DNA of 56,503 nucleotides, filler included, from Jimgerdemannia flammicorona (Eukaryota): NCBI GenBank assembly GCA_003990765.1. It is 2 parts of 2 records of this genome, joined end to end, with 100 filler letters (N's around TTAATTAATTAA, not from the genome) between each part and the next. Parts side by side here need not be neighbours in the genome. Positions count along the whole stretch, not along the records: positions 28,313 to 56,503 come from RBNJ01000579.1; 1 more part is not named here. One strand, 5' to 3'. Shown piece by piece: positions 50,621 to 56,503 of this stretch (position 1 is its first letter; each line of letters starts with the position of its first letter). The notes under the pieces were generated by a model. It saw only the letters and a program-made list of their open reading frames with translations, ran no database searches and was not told where the DNA came from. The position numbers and the translations under genes were made by a program.

Positions 50621-51044
50621 TAGTGCTCTCAACAAATCGAATCAAATCAAATTTGACCCAAACTCGATTCAATTCGATCAAATCAAGGGTCCAATTCGAT
50701 TTGATTCAAATCGAATCAAAGGTCCAATTCAATTTGAAGTTTGATTTGAACCTTAATTTTCAAAATGTACTAACTCAACGAAACCTCATCCAAATTTAAC
50801 GTATTTTAGCTTGTTAGATTCACCATATTAATGTGATTCTAACAAGCTAAAGTACGTTAGATTTGGATGTGTTTATGCTGAGTTATTGCATTTTGAAATT
50901 TAGGGTTCGAATCAGACCCTCAATTTGATTCAACTTTTGATTCAATTCAAATTGATTCAAATTGAAAAATCCCCAATTCGATTCGACTCATTTAACCCTC
51001 AATTCGATTCGATTCGAATTGATTCAACTTATTTGGAAGTACTA
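50621..51044. mobile_element. hAT MITE with perfect 8-bp TSD
   Basis: TAGTGCTCTC...GGAAGTACTA; TSD ATGAGCAG at 50613-50620 and 51045-51052; ATTCG/CGAAT subterminal repeats. Confidence 0.9.
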
Positions 51045-52589
51045 ATGAGCAGTACCAGCATTGTTATTAAGACTTGGGGTCTATATTCAAATCAGAGCCA
51101 ATTGTTCTTAACCAAGGGGTCCATTGGCCAGCAGGAGTAACCAATGATGGAGAGAACCATATCTTTATTAACGAACACAAAGAGGTGGTTGCAATGGTGG
51201 TAAGGAACCTCTATGGTGACAAGCTTTGCTGCTATATCAACGAGATTTGTGAGAATTGTATCAAATACTAGATAGTAAGAAAGAGGGGGTGAAAAAAGCA
51301 AGGAGAGGGGGTTTGGATGGAAATTGGGTATACTTCAACACTAGCGAAGGGTGGGTTCTGGAGTTCCAAAATCCCCTGCACTCATCTTCCTTTTTTTTTT
51401 TTCTCCTCTCTAGATAAATCACACTCTTCACCAATATACTCTTTTTGATACAATTCTAGGGATGTATAAGATTCTGTACTTCTATTGGAACTTTAAAAGT
51501 ACCATCAAAGAGCAAACTGTATGCAAGCATGATATGGCCTGTGCAGTAATGGTGGCTATGATCTGGGGTTCTTTGAGCAGATTGGTAAAGCATATAGCAG
51601 GCTAGCTTGGTGGTAATCTTGGTACAGCTGTATGTACATTCTTAGTACAATTTAGTGTATTGTATGAGGTGAGGAGCTCTGCTTTTTTGGAGTGCTGCAG
51701 CCTGGGGGGTTTCTGTAGCATGGGGGGTTTCTGAAGTCCAGGGGATTTCTGCCCCCCTATATGCAAAAAGGACTGACCAGTTGCTATCTATTTTGGCAGG
51801 TTTTCAAGTCAGGGCTCCTGGGGCTGGACCAAAGGTAGGTATCTACCAGCACAGCCTGGCAGTATGAGGTCCTGGGCCAAGGGTTCACCCAACTATATAC
51901 TCATGTCATATCAGGATATATTGGGTGCAATGTTTCTCTGCTTACATACATAGACAACAATATTACCCCAGTAATGTTTTACATCCCAGAAAGAAAGGGC
52001 CCCACCTGGGAAGATAGTGGAGGAGTCTGGTATGACCTCACCTATGGTTTTGGGGTCCCATTTGTGGCCAACATGGCCATCCTCTTCCAACTACATGACC
52101 ACCATGGTCTGTTGCCTTTGAGGAGAGCTTGGATACAACAGTCATTGCACTTACAACAGATAATAGGCTCATCAAGGCCTAGGACCAGTGAGTGGAGCAG
52201 TTTTTGTAAGGGTTAGGTAATCTTTTGTAAGGGATAGATAGTCTTTTGTAAGGGTTAGGTAGTTATTTTGTGTGGGTTGGGCAGTCTTATATAGGGGGTT
52301 GGGCCAGGCACCTCTTCTGTAGCACTAGCTTAGCCATTATGCAGGGCCCTACCAGTCTCTTGGCCCTATCAACCCCTTAGTTCTGCTCTGCAGTACCACT
52401 GGTGTGGTGCTGTGGCACAGGACCAGAGTGCCCATGGGATCTGAACCAGTGATAGGGCCTGAATCTGTAGTGGACTTTGACTACCGAAAGCACCCTTCAA
52501 CTACTGAAAACACCCTCTAACCATCAGAAGTACCCTCTGACTGCCAGAAGCACTCTCCGATCACTAGAAGCACCCTCTACCCTGGACTC

Positions 52590-53260
52590 CTTGGCAGCTT
52601 GGGGCTGTCCCTACACCACTGGTAGAGGGCCATAAATTTTGTGTGTCCCCTCCGCCTGCCCCACCCATCCTGGATACTTGCGGCTTGGAGCTACCCCTTG
52701 CTGCCAGCAGAGGGCTGCAAATTTTGCACACTCCCTTACTGATCCCATGTCCACCAACCCTGCCAACTGACTCTGCCCACTGACCCAGGTGCTGATAGCT
52801 TGGGGCTGCCCCTTGCTGCTGGTGAAGGGCTGCAAATTTTGCATGCTCCCTCTATCTGCCCTACCCATCCCAGACACTTGCAGCTTAGGGCTACCCCTTG
52901 CTGCCAGCAAAGGGCTGTAAATTTTATATACTCCCTCTGCCAACCCCACATCCACCAACTCCACTGATCAATCCTGCCCACTGACCTGAGTGCTAACAGC
53001 TTGGGGCTGCCCCTCACTGCTAGCAGAGGGCTGTAAATTTTGTGTGCTCCCTCTGCCTGCCCCCCCCCCAACTGGGACACTTGTGGCTTGGGGCTGCCCC
53101 TTGCTACTGGCAAAGGACTGCAAATTTTGTATACTCTCTCTGCCAACCCCATGCCCACCTACTGACCTACCCACCAACCCAGACACTGATAGCTTGAGGC
53201 TACCTCTTACTGCTGGTGGAGGGCTATAAACATTGTGTGCTCTCTCCACCACCACCACTA
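52590..53260. repeat. Imperfect tandem array (~90-115 bp units, core GCTTGGGGCTGCCCCTTGCTGCCAGCAGAGGGCTGCAAATTTTG)
   Basis: About seven recurrences of the core. Shorter ~20-bp repeats also lie at 52200-52280 and 52485-52580. Confidence 0.85.
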
Positions 53261-53399
53261 ACTCCGCCAACTGTTGCCCACTTGGGCCACAAACTCTGGG
53301 CCAAGTCCTCAGGGCTTTTTACCTTTTTATTATTTTTAAAAGGTATTAAATATTCCATAAAGCCAACCAACTTATCTGTGAACCCCCAGGACCCACTGA

Positions 53400-55960
53400 A
53401 TTTTAGCAGCCTGAGCCCCACCAAGACTTCAGACATATACATACCCAGATTGTCTCAGCATTCAGTATACATCTCTTTGGGGCAATGAGGTCCACCCTAT
53501 CTGAGAACACCTGCTCAATGGGAGTGCTAGAGGCAGGAATCACCAGGTAGTCCCAAGCCATGCCACACAGGCTGGGGAAGTCTGTTTGACATAGCTGCAT
53601 GCTCTGGTAGATAGAGTGGTAATTAGATTGGTGGGTTAAATTGGCCCAATGCCTATCTGATAATCTACCTTCCACCAGTTGAGCACCTCTGCACCCTCCA
53701 GCAGGATCACATGATCGCTGGTAAGATAAATGATAAGTTTGTCTATTGATGGCAGCTCTTCTACTGATGGCTCTCTCTTCTTCTTTCTGCTAAAGTAAAT
53801 GTGAAACAGGAGGGATCTCTCAGTATATTCATCCAGATTTCGGCTGAAACCTTGCAATGGCGCATAGTTTTTCCAGTACACTTCAATTATGGCCTGCTTG
53901 GTTCTCTCAATAAAGTGCTGCTTCTAGCCCTGATCTTTATAGTATTGTAGCTTTAAGCATGGGTTCAGCACTATTTAAAGAAAAGGAAAGAGTGAGTTTT
54001 TGTAGGGGTTTCTCTGTTTTGGAAGGGGAAATGGCCACACACTGACATTGACATACCTGTACTGATTGAGTATATGGCAGTATCTGTTTAGGAGTAGTAC
54101 TTTCTGAGCTTGCTAAGAGCAATCTCCATGGCACCTCTCTGATCTGGGCTCAACTATAAATCACCACAACCCTCTAACCTGTCCTTGAGCTTGTCCTCTA
54201 GCCAGTCAATCAAAGGTTGTATACTGGTATTACTAAGCTTATTGTTGAGGTTGTTTGTTTGACTATATCCTTCATACAATAATTGAAATACTAACAGTTA
54301 TATATGGTGAGGTGTTGCATTATATAGAGGCAGACAAAACAAGTGTGGAGGCTGATAAAATGAGTGTAGAGATAGAGCAATCACTACTTACTTCCAAAAC
54401 TCTGATAATATTCCTAAGTATGTCTCACTCACTTTCACCTAGAGCCTCAGCCCATATTTCCTTGTTAGTAGCCACTGTTGAATCTGTTGGCTTTTTTTTT
54501 TTTTTTAAAATAAATCTTCAATCATCCAAAACAAGTTGCTTCAGCTAACCAAAGAAAAAAAGAATACATATCACAGCAAACTTCAGCAAATGCTGGATCA
54601 TTGCAAATGTTGAGTTCCAATATATACAGACATCCAATATAAGCTCTTTTGGGGCTAAATTGATTGCTCTATACTGCATAGCAAATTTGTCTCATCATTG
54701 TGGGGACAATTGGACCAACACAACCAGTTGGTGTAGCTTGGAAATTATACTCAGAGCCCCTCCTCTCTCAGATGTTTTGTCTATATGCATAAGATAGTCC
54801 TAAACAGTGAGGTTCAGTATGTGGGTCTGATATCACACACAACAGCTTTCTGTACTGAAGGCCACATTTTTCTATTTGAGACTGACCACTAAAACTTTGA
54901 AAAATGTTGAGTTGTTTGTGGTATTGTCCATTGTAATGGCCAAAATCTATACTTGAAATATTTGATCAGCAAATTTATGTGAAAATAAATAAATAACTAA
55001 TAAAATTTGATTTGTTTTAGGATCTCTCTCAAAATGCTGACCTGATGGCAAACTCCTCTTTTTTATCTTGGTTGTAATCCCAAGCTCTCAGATACAACTA
55101 ATAAAAGCATCTATGATATTGTCTCCAGAATGAGGGCCAGCAAGTTTGATGAAGTCAAGGGTGAGAGATTTAAGCTGCCAATCAAGGTCAATCCAATGAC
55201 CAGTAATGCTCAGAAATGAAATTGTATTGGGGGATATCTATGTATCGATCATAAACGAAATTTTGCCTGCTGAATTCTGATTATTGAATATAAGGTTAAA
55301 TTGGTGAGCTCTTTTATATAATTCAGATTGCAAAGGTCATGGTGCTGCTCTTATTTTACCTGAAGTATCTGGCAGAGATTGTCATGCTCCTTCCTATAGA
55401 CCTCCAAGACATCTTTACAAATAGTATTGGTACTTGGCAAATATAAATCATGCTTGAGGAGGCCAAAAATGCTATGCAATTGATCACTCTTAATGGTTGT
55501 GAATAGCTGGTCTGTATACACAATCTAGCAAATAAGCTGATTTCAAAATTCTGCCAAAGAGTATGGCTAAATATTTTTGATTAAATGGCATTATTGATAC
55601 AGAAATGGTCAGACAATCAGATAAATGTACCCACTACAGCTTGGATGTTGATTTTATTTGTCTCCATGTTCTTTTTGATTTTGTCAGAGTGCTTGTCTTT
55701 TATGTATTGATTTATGTTCAAAGTTATACCACCAAGCATTTTGAACTTCTGGCTGGTGCAGTTTATGGGAGTGGGTGAAACAATATTATATATGTGTCAA
55801 AATAAAAAGTATCAATAGGTGCATCTTAATTTTTTACCTGCAATAATTACAAATAATATCATCTCCTATCTTAGCACAATATTGCCAGATTTCGAGACAA
55901 GGATTGTATGGAAGGTATGGAACTATTAGAGATATTTGACTTGAAGTATCATCAGTACTG
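53400..55960 (-). mobile_element. Degenerate hAT transposase gene (BED finger, DDE core, dimerization domain)
   Basis: Relics: IWQYC..IICNYC (BED); SFMIDT..FLSITGHWIDLDW..LDFIKLAGPHSGDNI; ITMDNTTNN; HILNLTV; YWNSTFAM; VLNWWK; WDYLVIPASSTPIEQVFS. Confidence 0.9.
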
Positions 55961-56503
55961 TAAACTGTTGAAGACTGATCTGTCGACATGTGTGTTTGCA
56001 TATTTGCATGTGCATGTATATGCATGTGTGTGTATTGTATGTATATGTATATATATTGTGTTGTAGATACATCTGGCATATGAGTTATATAGAGAATTTG
56101 GATTGGCAAAGCGCTCTTCTTCACCGGTAACATTCAGGTAACACAAGATTTGGACAACACTTTCTGTGAAGTTTTTGGTGAAAAGCTACTATCAACATGG
56201 TGAGCAATGAGCAAACTAGTGGGCAGGTCGGCCAGGGGGGCAGCCGGGCCTTCGACTGGCAGCAGGTTGGGAGGAAATGAGGAGATGGTTTGGAGATGCC
56301 AGGGCCGTCTGTGGTGGGCGGTGGCGCTGGAGGTGGAGGGAGAGGTGGACTGAGGCAGAGAGGTGGGGGGAGGGCAACCTTTGCCGACAAGGTCAGGATG
56401 GGGAAGATGGCCGCAGGGCTGGATGGTTGGTTGGGACTGGGGAAGGCGATGCCAGGTTCAGAAGGAGGGCAGGGAGGATCCCCCATGGGAGCCTCAGTCG
56501 GCA

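Noticed and set aside
52611..53270. Repetitive 100-140 aa ORFs
   Set aside because: They are frames through a CpG-depleted tandem array next to the hAT transposase.

Overview
Eukaryotic, intron-containing DNA, most likely from an early-diverging fungus (Mucoromycota-like; inferred from Crinkler-type genes, GT-AG introns with CTAAC branch points and the TE content). CpG-rich gene islands alternate with CpG-depleted, mutated transposon graveyards. The highlight is a ~6 kb segmental duplication (about 9350-15770 and 20900-26880). Each copy carries an apparently intact 10-exon minus-strand gene fusing a Crinkler (CRN) ubiquitin-like N-terminus, a MYND zinc finger, an unassigned Cys-rich domain and eight ribonuclease-inhibitor-type LRRs, seven of them on their own 84-nt phase-1 exons. 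A BTB-SPRY gene lies between the copies. After an artificial 100-bp scaffold spacer (28213-28312) come a partial GPCR-like membrane gene, Rad4/XPC and a secreted GH16-fold protein with a degenerate catalytic motif. Repeats include TSD-flanked poly(A) retroposons (two families sharing one 5' head), decayed Ty1/copia, L1/Tx1-like LINEs, a Sola-like transposase, an intron-containing hAT transposase with cognate MITEs, and two small paralog-specific MITEs. All calls are from manual reading; no database searches were run.
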